Shown here one piece after another: positions 8,195 to 17,756 of a stretch of 24,713 nt of DNA. The stretch is taken from the IMG/VR virus record IMGVR_UViG_2563366822_000008; one strand, 5' to 3'. This DNA is from a virus (Duplodnaviria; Heunggongvirae; Uroviricota; Caudoviricetes). The position numbers and the translations under genes were made by a program. Within the stretch, counting starts at the first letter, position 1. Each line of letters begins with the position of its first letter. The notes below the pieces were generated by a model. It made no database searches and was not told where the DNA came from. It saw only the letters and a list, made by a program, of their open reading frames with translations.

Positions 8195-11100
8195 TTTGGG
8201 GATTGATGCGGCAGAGTTTAAAAATGAAATTCCCCGTATCAAAAACCTTCTGAATGGTGCAGCCAGCGATGCAGAACGGTCTTCTGCCCGTATGCAGCGT
8301 TTTATGGAGCGTCAGACTCAGGCCGCCCGGCAGACAACGCAGGCGGCGTCTTCGGCTGCAACAGCCGCATCCGTCCATGCGCAGACGGTGGAGAAGAACG
8401 CACAGGCTCATGAACGCATGGCCCGCGAGGTGGAGAAAACCCGCCAGCGTATGGAGGCACTGAGCCAGAAAATGCGCGAGGAACAGGCGCAGGCCATGGC
8501 TCTGGCGGAGGCTCAGGATAAAGCAGCTGCTGCGTTTTATCGTCAGATTGACAGTGTGAAACAGGCCAGTGCGGGGCTGCAGGAATTACAGCGTATTCAG
8601 CAGCAGATCCGACAGGCCAGAAACAGTGGCGGGATTGGTCAGCAGGATTATCTGGCACTGATTTCTGAGGTTACGGCGAAAACCCGTGTTCTTACACAGG
8701 CTGAGGAAGAGGCTACCCGACAGAAAGTGGCGTTTATCCGTCAGCTTAAAGAGCAGGCAACCCGCCAGAATCTTTCTTCTTCTGAGTTGCTTCGTGCTAA
8801 GGCTGCCCAGCTGGGGGTAAGCAGTGCTGCAGAAGTGTATATCCGCAAAATGGAGCAGGCAGGAAAAACCACGCATTCGCTGGGTCTGAAAAGTGCAGCG
8901 GCCCGCCAGGAGATAGGCGTTCTGATAGGTGAACTGGCCCGCGGCAATTTAGGGGCGCTGAGGGGATCCGGGATAACGCTGGCTAACCGTGCCGGATGGA
9001 TAGACACTCTGATGTCACCGAAAGGCATGATGCTTGGCGGTATTGCCGCGTCCGTCTATGGTCTGGGTAAAGCCTGGTATGACGGTCAGAAGGAGGGGGA
9101 AGAATTTAACCGCCAGTTGTCGCTGACGGGGCATTATGCCGGAGTCACTGCCGGGCAGCTGTGGACGCTCAGTCGTGCTATTTCCGGGAATGGTATCACG
9201 CAACATGCTGCAGCCGGTGTGCTGGCTCAGGTGGTGGGGAGTGGTGCATTTCGTGGAAACGATATCGGTATGGTGGCGAGAGCTGCCGCACAGATGGAGC
9301 GATCGGTTGGCCAGTCGGTCAGCGATACCATAAATCAGTTTAAGCGGCTGAAGGATGATCCTGTAAATGCCGCGAAGGCTCTGGACAATGAGCTGCATTT
9401 TCTTACTGCCACTCAGCTTGAGCAGATACGTGTCCTTGGGGATCAGGGACGGTCCAGTGATGCTGCACGGATAGCCATGTCTGCACTGGCAGAGGAAACC
9501 GGTCGGCGTACTGCGGATATTGATAATAACCTCAATGCGCTTGGCAGTACGCTGAAGTATCTGTCTGATTTGTGGAGTCGTTTCTGGGATGCGGCCATGA
9601 ATATTGGTCGTGAAGACTCGCTGGATGAACAGATTGCCGCTTTACAGGAGAAAGTGTCGCGGGCGAAAAGACTCCCCTGGACGGCATCATCTTCTCAGGT
9701 TGAATACGATCAGCAGCGTCTTAACGATCTTCAGGAGAAAAAACGCCAGAAGGATTTGCAGGATGCAAAAGAGCAGGCAGAGCGGAATTATCAGGAGCAA
9801 CAGAAACGACGTAATGCTGAAAATGCTGCACTGAACCGGATGAATGAAACGGAAGCAGCACGACATCAGCGTGAAATTGCGCGTATTAATTCCATGCAGT
9901 ACGCCGATCAGGCTGTCAGGGATGCAGCGATACAACGTGAAAATGAACGTTACGAGAAAGCCCTGGCATCCGGTAAGAAAAAAACACGCGAAACCCGTAA
10001 TGATGAGGCCACCCGGTTATTGCTGCAGTACAGTCAGCAACAGGCACAGGTGGAAGGACAGATTGCTGCTGCAAGACAGTCAGCAGGCATTGCCACTGAA
10101 AAGATGACAGAAGCGCATAAACAGCTTCTGGCTCTGCAGCAGCGCATCAGCGATCTGGACGGGAAAAAACTGACGGCAGATGAAAAGAGTGTGCTGGCCC
10201 GTAAAGATGAACTGATTCAGGCACTGACGCTGCTGGATGTAAAACAGCAGGAGCTTCAGAAACAGACGGCACTCAACGATCTGAAGAAAAAAACAATTCA
10301 GCTGACCAGTCAACTGGCTGAAGAAGAGCTCGCTCAGCGTCAGCAACATGACCTGGATATCGCCACGGTGGGTATGGGTGATCAGCAGCGGCAGCGATAT
10401 CAGGTACAACTGAGTCTTCGCCAGAAATACCAGCAACAGCTGGAGCAGTTGAGGCGGGATAGTGAGCAGAAAGGGACATATAACACGGATGACCACAGAA
10501 AGGCCGAGCAGGCGCTGACGGAGAGCCTGAACCGACAACTGAATGAGAATCGCCGTTACTGGCAACAGCTTGAAGTTGTGCAGGGTAACTGGAAAAACGG
10601 AGTCCTGCGTGCATTTCAGGATTTTACCGTGGATGCAGACAATACGGCAGGAACAGCAGAACAGGTGTTCTCGTCAGCCTTCAGCAACATGGGAAATGGC
10701 CTGGCAACTTTTGTCACTACCGGCAAACTCAACTTCAAATCCTTCACCTCTTCGGTGCTGTCAGATATGGCGAAAATCCTGGCGCAGGCAACCATGATGA
10801 AATCGATAAAAGGGATTGGCAGTGTACTGGGATTTGATCTCAGCAGCCTTTCCCTGAATGCCAATGGGGGGATTTATCAGTCTGCTGATTTGAGTCGTTA
10901 CAGTGGCACGGTGGTTAACCGTCCGACGTTTTTTGCTTTTGCAAAAGGCGCGGGTGTGATGGGGGAAGCTGGACCTGAAGCCATTCTGCCACTGCGTCGT
11001 GGTGCTGACGGTAAGCTGGGGGTTGTGGCGGATATTGGTGGTTCAGGTATGGCGATGTTTGCCCCGCAGTACAACATCGAGATCAATAACGATGGCACGA

Positions 11101-11219
11101 ACGGGCAGATAGGTCCGGCTGCCCTGAAGGTGCTTTATGACCTTGGGAAAAAAGCGGCAGCGGACTTTATGCAACAGCAGGCCCGTGATGGTGGTCGGTT
11201 AAGTGGAGCATATCGGTAA
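8166..11219 (+). CDS. H: Tail tape measure protein H (about 1017 aa)
   Basis: N-terminus MDQIANLVIDLGIDAAEFKNE matches lambda H MAEPVGDLVVDLSLDAARFDEQ, and the C-terminus INNDGTNGQIGPAALKVLYDL...RDGG matches lambda H. Long Gln/Glu/Arg-rich coiled-coil centre. GGAGG RBS at 8152-8156. Confidence 0.9.
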   Translation: MDQIANLVIDLGIDAAEFKNEIPRIKNLLNGAASDAERSSARMQRFMERQTQAARQTTQAASSAATAASVHAQTVEKNAQAHERMAREVEKTRQRMEALSQKMREEQAQAMALAEAQDKAAAAFYRQIDSVKQASAGLQELQRIQQQIRQARNSGGIGQQDYLALISEVTAKTRVLTQAEEEATRQKVAFIRQLKEQATRQNLSSSELLRAKAAQLGVSSAAEVYIRKMEQAGKTTHSLGLKSAAARQEIGVLIGELARGNLGALRGSGITLANRAGWIDTLMSPKGMMLGGIAASVYGLGKAWYDGQKEGEEFNRQLSLTGHYAGVTAGQLWTLSRAISGNGITQHAAAGVLAQVVGSGAFRGNDIGMVARAAAQMERSVGQSVSDTINQFKRLKDDPVNAAKALDNELHFLTATQLEQIRVLGDQGRSSDAARIAMSALAEETGRRTADIDNNLNALGSTLKYLSDLWSRFWDAAMNIGREDSLDEQIAALQEKVSRAKRLPWTASSSQVEYDQQRLNDLQEKKRQKDLQDAKEQAERNYQEQQKRRNAENAALNRMNETEAARHQREIARINSMQYADQAVRDAAIQRENERYEKALASGKKKTRETRNDEATRLLLQYSQQQAQVEGQIAAARQSAGIATEKMTEAHKQLLALQQRISDLDGKKLTADEKSVLARKDELIQALTLLDVKQQELQKQTALNDLKKKTIQLTSQLAEEELAQRQQHDLDIATVGMGDQQRQRYQVQLSLRQKYQQQLEQLRRDSEQKGTYNTDDHRKAEQALTESLNRQLNENRRYWQQLEVVQGNWKNGVLRAFQDFTVDADNTAGTAEQVFSSAFSNMGNGLATFVTTGKLNFKSFTSSVLSDMAKILAQATMMKSIKGIGSVLGFDLSSLSLNANGGIYQSADLSRYSGTVVNRPTFFAFAKGAGVMGEAGPEAILPLRRGADGKLGVVADIGGSGMAMFAPQYNIEINNDGTNGQIGPAALKVLYDLGKKAAADFMQQQARDGGRLSGAYR

Positions 11220-11548
11220 TGGAGACGTTTCACTGGAAAGTGCGCCCGGATATGAATGTGGTATCAGAGCCGAAAGTGGTGACAGTGAAGCTGGGCGATG
11301 GTTATGAACAGCGTCGTGCGGCGGGACTGAATAACCAGTTGTCGACTTACAGCGTGACGATACGTGTTCGTAAATGTGAACACCCATCTTTAAAAGCCTT
11401 TCTGGAACGGCACGGTGGCGTCCGCGCATTTCAGTGGACGCCACCTTATGACTGGAAGCCGATCAGGGTGGTTTGTCGTAAATGGTCGGCAAGCGTGGGG
11501 GCGTTGTGGGTAACCATAACGGCAGATTTTGAACAGGTCGTGGCATAG
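11219..11548 (+). CDS. M: Minor tail protein M
   Basis: 109 aa, collinear with lambda M (M.TF.WKV.P.M.V.S.P.V..V..GDGY.QR...GLN..L.TYSVT, WTPPY.W, KWS). Start overlaps the H stop (TAATG). Confidence 0.9.
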   Translation: METFHWKVRPDMNVVSEPKVVTVKLGDGYEQRRAAGLNNQLSTYSVTIRVRKCEHPSLKAFLERHGGVRAFQWTPPYDWKPIRVVCRKWSASVGALWVTITADFEQVVA

Positions 11549-11557
11549 GAGTCTCTG

Positions 11558-12256
11558 ATGCAGGATATTCCACAGGAAACACATCATGAGACGACACGCC
11601 TCACTCAGTCAGCCCAGGTGGTGCTCTGGGAAATCGATCTGACAGTGGTCGGTGGAGAACGTTATTTTTTCTGTAATGAGCAGAACGAAAAAGGTGAGCC
11701 GGTCACCTGGCAGGGGCGACAGTATCAGGCGTATCCCATTCAGGGGACGGGATTTGAACTGAACGGCAAGGGCAGTGCTGCCCGTCCGACACTGACGGTT
11801 TCTAACCTGCACGGCATGGTCACCGGGATGGCGGAAGACCTGCAGAGTCTGGTCGGAGGAACGGTGGTCCGGCGTAAGGTTTACGCCCGTTTTCTGGATG
11901 CGGTGAACTTCGTCAACGGAAACAGTGACGCCGATCCGGAGCAGGAGGTGATCAGCCGCTGGCGCATCGAGCAGTGCAGCGAACTGAGCGCGGTGAGTGC
12001 CTCTTTTGTACTGTCCACGCCGACGGAAACGGACGGTGCCGTTTTTCCGGGACGTATCATGCTGGCCAACACCTGCACCTGGACCTATCGCGGTGATGAG
12101 TGCGGTTATCACGGTCCGGCGGTCGCGGATGAATATGATCAGCCGACGTCCGATATCACGAAGGATAAATGCAGCAAATGCCTGAGCGGCTGTAAGTTTC
12201 GCAATAACGTCGGCAACTTTGGCGGCTTCCTTTCCATTAACAAACTTTCGCAGTAA
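11558..12256 (+). CDS. L: Minor tail protein L (Cys-rich C-terminus, Fe-S cluster type)
   Basis: 232 aa, near-identical by eye to lambda L (MQDI.QET...VVLWEIDL...GERYFFCNEQNEKGEPVTWQGRQYQ...CSKCLSGCKFRNN). Confidence 0.9.
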   Translation: MQDIPQETHHETTRLTQSAQVVLWEIDLTVVGGERYFFCNEQNEKGEPVTWQGRQYQAYPIQGTGFELNGKGSAARPTLTVSNLHGMVTGMAEDLQSLVGGTVVRRKVYARFLDAVNFVNGNSDADPEQEVISRWRIEQCSELSAVSASFVLSTPTETDGAVFPGRIMLANTCTWTYRGDECGYHGPAVADEYDQPTSDITKDKCSKCLSGCKFRNNVGNFGGFLSINKLSQ

Positions 12257-12261
12257 ATCCC

Positions 12262-13005
12262 ATGACACAGATAGAATCAGCGATTCTGGCGCACGCCCGG
12301 CGATGTGCGCCAGCGGAGTCGTGCGGCTTCGTGGTAAGCACGCCGGAGGGGGAAAGATATTTTCCCTGCGTGAATATCTCCGGTGAGCCGGAGGATTATT
12401 TCCGGATGGCTCCGGAGGACTGGCTGCAGGCAGAAATGCAGGGTGAGATTGTGGCGCTGGTCCACAGCCACCCCGGTGGTCTGCCCTGGCTGAGTGAGGC
12501 CGACCGGCGGCTGCAGGTGCAGAGTGATTTGCCGTGGTGGCTGGTTTGCCGGGGGGCGATTCACAAGTTCCGCTGTGTGCCACATCTTTCCGGGCGGCGC
12601 TTTGAGCACGGGGTGACGGACTGTTACACGCTGTTCCGGGATGCTTATCATCTGGCGGGGATTGAGATGCCGGATTTTCATCGCGAGGATGACTGGTGGC
12701 GTCACGGTCAGAATCTCTATCTGGATAATCTGGAGGCCACAGGGCTGTATCAGGTGCCGTTGTCATCAGCACAACCGGGCGATGTGCTGCTGTGCTGTTT
12801 TGGTTCATCGGTGCCGAATCATGCCGCCATTTACTGTGGTGATGGCGAGCTGCTGCACCATATTCCTGAACAACTGAGCAAACGAGAGAGGTACACCGAC
12901 AAATGGCAGCGACGCACACACTCCCTCTGGCGTCACCGGGCATGGCACGCATCTGCCTTTACGGGGATTTACAACGATTTGGCCGCCGCATCGACCTTCG
13001 AGTGA
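12262..13005 (+). CDS. K: Tail tip assembly protein K (JAB/MPN metalloprotease-like plus NlpC/P60-like domains)
   Basis: MTQIESAILAHARRCAPAESCGFVV...HSHPGG (JAMM-type H-x-H motif) and a Cys/His peptidase-like second half. The 3' end overlaps the start of I. Confidence 0.85.
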   Translation: MTQIESAILAHARRCAPAESCGFVVSTPEGERYFPCVNISGEPEDYFRMAPEDWLQAEMQGEIVALVHSHPGGLPWLSEADRRLQVQSDLPWWLVCRGAIHKFRCVPHLSGRRFEHGVTDCYTLFRDAYHLAGIEMPDFHREDDWWRHGQNLYLDNLEATGLYQVPLSSAQPGDVLLCCFGSSVPNHAAIYCGDGELLHHIPEQLSKRERYTDKWQRRTHSLWRHRAWHASAFTGIYNDLAAASTFE

Positions 13006-13550
13006 AAACGGGGTCCGAAGCCATCCGGGCGCTGGCCATGCAGAACCCGGCGTTTCGTCAGAAACTGAGCGACGGCTGGTACCAGGTACGCATTGCCGGG
13101 CGTGATGCAGGTGAAACCGAATTGTCTGCCCGTCTTAATGAGCCGCTGGCAAATGGTGCCGTGATCCACATCGTGCCGCGTCTGGCGGGAGCTAAAAGTG
13201 GCGGTGTGTTTCAGGTGGTGCTGGGGGCGGCGCTGATTGCGGTGGCATGGTGGAACCCTGTGGGCTGGCTGGGTGCCGCGGCTGTATCGGGCATGTATGC
13301 GGCAGGGGCCAGTATGATCCTGGGCGGAGTGGCGCAGATGCTGGCACCGAAAGCCAGGACGCCCACGGCAGCAAGTACAGATAACGGCAAACAGAACACC
13401 TATTTCTCCTCACTGGATAACATGGTTGCCCAGGGCAATGTTCTGCCGGTTCTGTACGGTGAAATGCGCGTGGGGTCGCGGGTGGTATCTCAGGAGATCA
13501 GCACAGCAGATGAAGGTGATGGTGGGCAGGTTGTGGTGATTGGTCGCTGA
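12903..13550 (+). CDS. I: Tail tip assembly protein I
   Basis: MAATHTLPLASPGMARICLYGDLQRFGRRIDL... and the C-terminus NGKQNTYFSSLDNMVAQGNVLPVLYGEMRVGSRVVSQEISTADEGDGGQVVVIGR match lambda I. Confidence 0.85.
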   Translation: MAATHTLPLASPGMARICLYGDLQRFGRRIDLRVKTGSEAIRALAMQNPAFRQKLSDGWYQVRIAGRDAGETELSARLNEPLANGAVIHIVPRLAGAKSGGVFQVVLGAALIAVAWWNPVGWLGAAAVSGMYAAGASMILGGVAQMLAPKARTPTAASTDNGKQNTYFSSLDNMVAQGNVLPVLYGEMRVGSRVVSQEISTADEGDGGQVVVIGR

Positions 13551-13567
13551 TGAAAAACGTTTATGTG

Positions 13568-13598
13568 AAACCGCCTCCGGGCGGTTTTGTCGTTTATG
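13568..13598 (+). terminator. Hairpin with T-rich tail between I and J (possible attenuator)
   Basis: AAACCGCC-TCCG-GGCGGTTT (13568-13587) followed by TGTCGTTTAT. The T-tract is interrupted, so any termination is probably partial. Confidence 0.35.
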
Positions 13599-13609
13599 GA
13601 GCGTGAGGA

Positions 13610-16600
13610 ATGGGTAAAGGCAGCAGTAAGGGGCATACTCCGCGCGAAGCGAAGGACAACCTGAAGTCCACGCAGCTGCTGAGTGTGATCGATGCCATCA
13701 GCGAAGGGCCGGTTGAAGGTCCGGTGGATGGATTAAAAAGCGTGCTGCTGAACAGTACGCCAGTGCTGGACAGTGAGGGGAATACCAATATCTCCGGCGT
13801 CACGGTGGTGTTCCGGGCCGGTGAGCAGGAGCAGACACCGCCGGAGGGATTTGAATCCTCCGGCTCCGAGACGGTGCTGGGTACGGAAGTGAAATACGAC
13901 ACGCCGATCACCCGCACCATCACGTCGGCAAACATTGACCGACTGCGTTTTACCTTCGGCGTGCAGGCACTGGTGGAAACCACCTCAAAGGGGGACAGGA
14001 ATCCGTCGGAAGTCCGCCTGCTGGTTCAGATCCAGCGTAATGGTGGCTGGGTGACGGAAAAAGACATCACCATTAAGGGTAAAACCACTTCACAGTATCT
14101 GGCCTCGGTGGTGGTGGGTAACCTGCCGCCGCGCCCGTTCAATATCCGGATGCGCAGGATGACGCCGGACAGCACCACAGACCAGCTGCAGAACAAAACG
14201 CTCTGGTCGTCATACACCGAAATTATCGATGTGAAACAGTGCTACCCGAACACGGCACTGGTCGGCGTGCAGGTGGACTCGGAGCAGTTCGGCAGCCAGC
14301 AGGTGAGCCGTAATTATCATCTGCGCGGGCGCATTCTGCAGGTGCCGTCGAACTATAACCCGCAGACGCGGCAATACAGCGGTATCTGGGACGGAACGTT
14401 TAAACCGGCATACAGCAACAACATGGCCTGGTGTCTGTGGGATATGCTGACCCATCCGCGCTACGGCATGGGGAAACGTCTTGGTGCGGCGGATGTGGAT
14501 AAATGGGCGCTGTATGTCATCGGCCAGCATTGCGAGCAGTCGGTGCCGGACGGTTTTGGCGGCACGGAGCCGCGCATCACCTGTAATGCGTACCTGACCA
14601 CACAGCGTAAGGCGTGGGATGTTCTCAGTGATTTCTGCTCGGCGATGCGCTGTATGCCGGTATGGAACGGGCAGACGCTGACGTTCGTGCAGGACCGACC
14701 GTCGGATAAGGTGTGGACCTATAACCGCAGTAATGTGGTGATGCCGGATGATGGCGCGCCGTTCCGCTACAGCTTCAGCGCCCTCAAGGACCGCCATAAT
14801 GCCGTTGAGGTGAACTGGATTGACCCGGATAACGGCTGGGAGACGGCGACAGAGCTTGTGGAGGACACGCAGGCCATTGCCCGTTACGGTCGTAACGTCA
14901 CGAAGATGGATGCCTTTGGCTGTACCAGCCGGGGGCAGGCACATCGCGCCGGGCTGTGGCTGATTAAAACAGAACTGCTGGAAACGCAGACCGTGGACTT
15001 CAGCGTGGGCGCAGAAGGGCTTCGCCATGTGCCGGGCGATGTCATTGAAATCTGTGATGATGACTATGCCGGTATCAGCACCGGCGGGCGCGTGCTGGCG
15101 GTAAACAGCCAGACCCGGACGCTGACGCTCGACCGTGAAATCACGCTGCCATCCTCCGGTACCACGCTGATAAGCCTGGTTGACGGAAGTGGCAATCCGG
15201 TCAGCGTGGAGGTCCAGTCCGTCACCGACGGCGTGAAGGTGAAAGTGAACCGGGTTCCTGACGGCGTTGCTGAATACAGCGTGTGGGGGCTGAAGCTGCC
15301 GACGCTGCGCCAGCGCCTGTTCCGCTGCGTGAGTATCCGTGAGAACGACGACGGCACGTATGCCATCACCGCCGTGCAGCATGTACCCGAAAAAGAAGCC
15401 ATCGTGGATAACGGGGCGCACTTTGACGGCGACCTGAGCGGCACGGTGAATGGCGTCACGCCGCCCGCGGTGCAGCACCTGACTGCCGAAGTCACCGCAG
15501 ACAGTGGGGAATACCAGGTGCTGGCCCGCTGGGACACGCCGAAGGTGGTGAAGGGCGTGAGCTTCCTGCTCCGTCTGACCGTAACAGCGGATGACGGCAG
15601 TGAGCGGCTGGTCAGCACGGTCCGGACGGCGGAAACCACATACCGCTTCAGGCAACTGGCGCTGGGGAACTACAGGCTGACAGTCCGGGCGGTAAATGCG
15701 TGGGGGCAGCAGGGCGATCCGGCGTCGGTATCGTTCCGGATTGCCGCACCGGCAGCACCGTCGAGGATTGAGCTGACGCCGGGCTATTTTCAGATAACCG
15801 CCACGCCGCATCTTGCGGTTTATGATCCGACGGTACAGTTTGAGTTCTGGTTCTCGGAAAAGCGGATTACCGATATCAGGCAGGTTGAAACCACAGCCCG
15901 CTACCTTGGCACGGGGCTGTACTGGATAGCCGCCAGTATCAATATCAAACCGGGCCATGATTATTACTTTTATATCCGCAGTGTGAACACCGTTGGCAAA
16001 TCGGCATTCGTGGAGTCCGTCGGTCGGGCGAGCGATGATGCGGAAGGTTACCTGGATTTTTTCAAAGGCCAGATAACCGAATCCCATCTCGGCAAGGAGC
16101 TGCTGGAAAAAGTCGAGCTGACGGAGGATAACGCCAGCAGACTGGAGGAGTTTTCGAAAGAGTGGAAGGACGCCAACGATAAGTGGAATGCCATGTGGGC
16201 TGTCAAAATTGAGCAGACCAAAGACGGCAAACATTATGTCGCGGGTATTGGCCTCAGTATGGAGGACACGGAGGAAGGCAAACTGAGTCAGTTTCTGGTT
16301 GCCGCTAACCGTATCGCATTTATTGACCCGGCAAACGGGAATGAAACGCCGATGTTTGTGGCGCAGGGCAACCAGATATTCATGAACGACGTGTTCCTGA
16401 AGCGCCTGACGGCCCCCACCATTACCAGCGGTGGAAATCCACCGGTATTTTCCCTGACATCAGACGGAAAGCTGACCGCTAAAAATGCGGATATCAGTGG
16501 CAGTGTGAATGCGAACGCCGGGACGCTCAACAATGTCACGGTAAATGAAAACTGTACGATTAAGGGCATGCTGGAGGCGACTCAGGTCAGAGGTGACTTC

Positions 16601-17023
16601 GTTAAAGCTGTATCCAAATCATTTCCGAAACAGGCTGGTACGTGGGGTAACACGGAAACACCAAACGGGACGGTTACAGTCACCATAAGCGATGATCATA
16701 ACTTTGACCGTCAAATCATTATTCCGCCCATTATCTTTAACGGAATAGCGTATAGCGATCCGGGAAGTGGTAATAACCCGGGAGGTACAAGATACACGGG
16801 TTATGGTTTTGAAGTTCGCAAAAACGGTGTATTAATCGCATCCAGAGAAACTAAAGGGGCCATTCCCGGTAGCTACAGTGCGGTTATTGATATGCCGAGT
16901 GGCAGGGGAAGCGTCACTCTGGAGTTTAAGGTTTTCCATAAAGGCAATCAGTGGGCAGGTAATATCACCGACTGTACGGTGATTGTGACCAAAAAAGCCG
17001 CTTCCGGCATCAGTATTCGTTGA
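13610..17023 (+). CDS. J: Central tail fibre / host specificity protein J (about 1137 aa)
   Basis: Size, position and the N-terminus [24 protein letters not shown] match lambda J. RBS GGAGCGTGAGG. The last ~140 aa diverge from lambda J as I recall it. Confidence 0.9.
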   Translation: MGKGSSKGHTPREAKDNLKSTQLLSVIDAISEGPVEGPVDGLKSVLLNSTPVLDSEGNTNISGVTVVFRAGEQEQTPPEGFESSGSETVLGTEVKYDTPITRTITSANIDRLRFTFGVQALVETTSKGDRNPSEVRLLVQIQRNGGWVTEKDITIKGKTTSQYLASVVVGNLPPRPFNIRMRRMTPDSTTDQLQNKTLWSSYTEIIDVKQCYPNTALVGVQVDSEQFGSQQVSRNYHLRGRILQVPSNYNPQTRQYSGIWDGTFKPAYSNNMAWCLWDMLTHPRYGMGKRLGAADVDKWALYVIGQHCEQSVPDGFGGTEPRITCNAYLTTQRKAWDVLSDFCSAMRCMPVWNGQTLTFVQDRPSDKVWTYNRSNVVMPDDGAPFRYSFSALKDRHNAVEVNWIDPDNGWETATELVEDTQAIARYGRNVTKMDAFGCTSRGQAHRAGLWLIKTELLETQTVDFSVGAEGLRHVPGDVIEICDDDYAGISTGGRVLAVNSQTRTLTLDREITLPSSGTTLISLVDGSGNPVSVEVQSVTDGVKVKVNRVPDGVAEYSVWGLKLPTLRQRLFRCVSIRENDDGTYAITAVQHVPEKEAIVDNGAHFDGDLSGTVNGVTPPAVQHLTAEVTADSGEYQVLARWDTPKVVKGVSFLLRLTVTADDGSERLVSTVRTAETTYRFRQLALGNYRLTVRAVNAWGQQGDPASVSFRIAAPAAPSRIELTPGYFQITATPHLAVYDPTVQFEFWFSEKRITDIRQVETTARYLGTGLYWIAASINIKPGHDYYFYIRSVNTVGKSAFVESVGRASDDAEGYLDFFKGQITESHLGKELLEKVELTEDNASRLEEFSKEWKDANDKWNAMWAVKIEQTKDGKHYVAGIGLSMEDTEEGKLSQFLVAANRIAFIDPANGNETPMFVAQGNQIFMNDVFLKRLTAPTITSGGNPPVFSLTSDGKLTAKNADISGSVNANAGTLNNVTVNENCTIKGMLEATQVRGDFVKAVSKSFPKQAGTWGNTETPNGTVTVTISDDHNFDRQIIIPPIIFNGIAYSDPGSGNNPGGTRYTGYGFEVRKNGVLIASRETKGAIPGSYSAVIDMPSGRGSVTLEFKVFHKGNQWAGNITDCTVIVTKKAASGISIR

Positions 17024-17044
17024 AATTGTTATAACCCATATAAG

Positions 17045-17069
17045 GGCACCAGAAATGGTGCCTTTTTTA
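17045..17069 (+). terminator. Intrinsic terminator after J
   Basis: GGCACC-AGAAAT-GGTGCC hairpin (17045-17062) followed by TTTTTT (17063-17068). Confidence 0.65.
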
Positions 17070-17092
17070 TTGCAGAAAAGCGAGAGGTAATT

Positions 17093-17692
17093 ATGCGTAA
17101 AGTTTGTGCAGCCATTTTGTCCGCAGCCATTTGTCTGGCCGTATCCGGTGCGCCTGCATGGGCGTCTGAACATCAGTCCACGCTGAGCGCGGGGTATCTT
17201 CATGCCCGGACCAACGTTCCCGGCAGTGATGATCTGAACGGGATTAACGTGAAATACCGTTATGAGTTTACGGATACGCTGGGGCTGGTGACGTCATTCA
17301 GCTATGCAGGAGACAAGAATCGCCAGCTGACCCATTACAGCGATACCCGCTGGCATGAAGATTCCGTTCGTAACCGCTGGTTCAGCGTAATGGCGGGGCC
17401 GTCTGTGCGCGTGAATGAATGGTTCAGCGCGTATGCGATGGCGGGTGTGGCTTACAGCCGTGTGTCGACTTTCTCCGGGGATTATCTCCGCGTAACTGAC
17501 AACAAGGGGAAAACGCACGACGTGCTGACCGGAAGTGATGACGGTCGCCACAGCAACACGTCTCTGGCGTGGGGGGCTGGCGTGCAGTTTAACCCGACCG
17601 AATCCGTGGCCATTGATATTGATTATGAAGGCTCCGGCAGTGGCGACTGGCGCACTGACGGTTTCATCGTGGGTGTCGGTTATAAGTTCTGA
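17093..17692 (+). CDS. lom: Outer membrane beta-barrel protein Lom (Ail/Lom/OmpX family)
   Basis: Signal peptide MRKVCAAILSAAICLAVSGAPAWA, alternating beta-strand pattern, C-terminal GVGYKF aromatic terminus. Position after J as in lambda. RBS GAGAGG. Confidence 0.85.
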   Translation: MRKVCAAILSAAICLAVSGAPAWASEHQSTLSAGYLHARTNVPGSDDLNGINVKYRYEFTDTLGLVTSFSYAGDKNRQLTHYSDTRWHEDSVRNRWFSVMAGPSVRVNEWFSAYAMAGVAYSRVSTFSGDYLRVTDNKGKTHDVLTGSDDGRHSNTSLAWGAGVQFNPTESVAIDIDYEGSGSGDWRTDGFIVGVGYKF

Positions 17693-17719
17693 TTAGCCAG
17701 GTAACACAGTGTTATGACA

Positions 17720-17746
17720 GCCCGCCGGTTCAGGCGGGCTTTTTTG
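17720..17746 (+). terminator. Intrinsic terminator after lom
   Basis: GCCCGCC-GGTTCA-GGCGGGC hairpin (17720-17739) followed by TTTTTT (17740-17745). Confidence 0.7.
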
Positions 17747-17756
17747 TGGGGTGAAT

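Noticed and set aside
11609-12952. 447-aa ORF on the - strand, antisense to L and K
   Set aside because: Overlaps two strongly supported lambda tail genes; Pro/Ala/Arg-rich composition; an antisense artefact.
14210-16234. 674-aa ORF on the - strand, antisense to J
   Set aside because: Lies entirely inside the well-supported J gene, has Arg/Pro/His-rich low-complexity composition typical of antisense frames of GC-rich coding DNA, and shows no start context or recognisable motifs.
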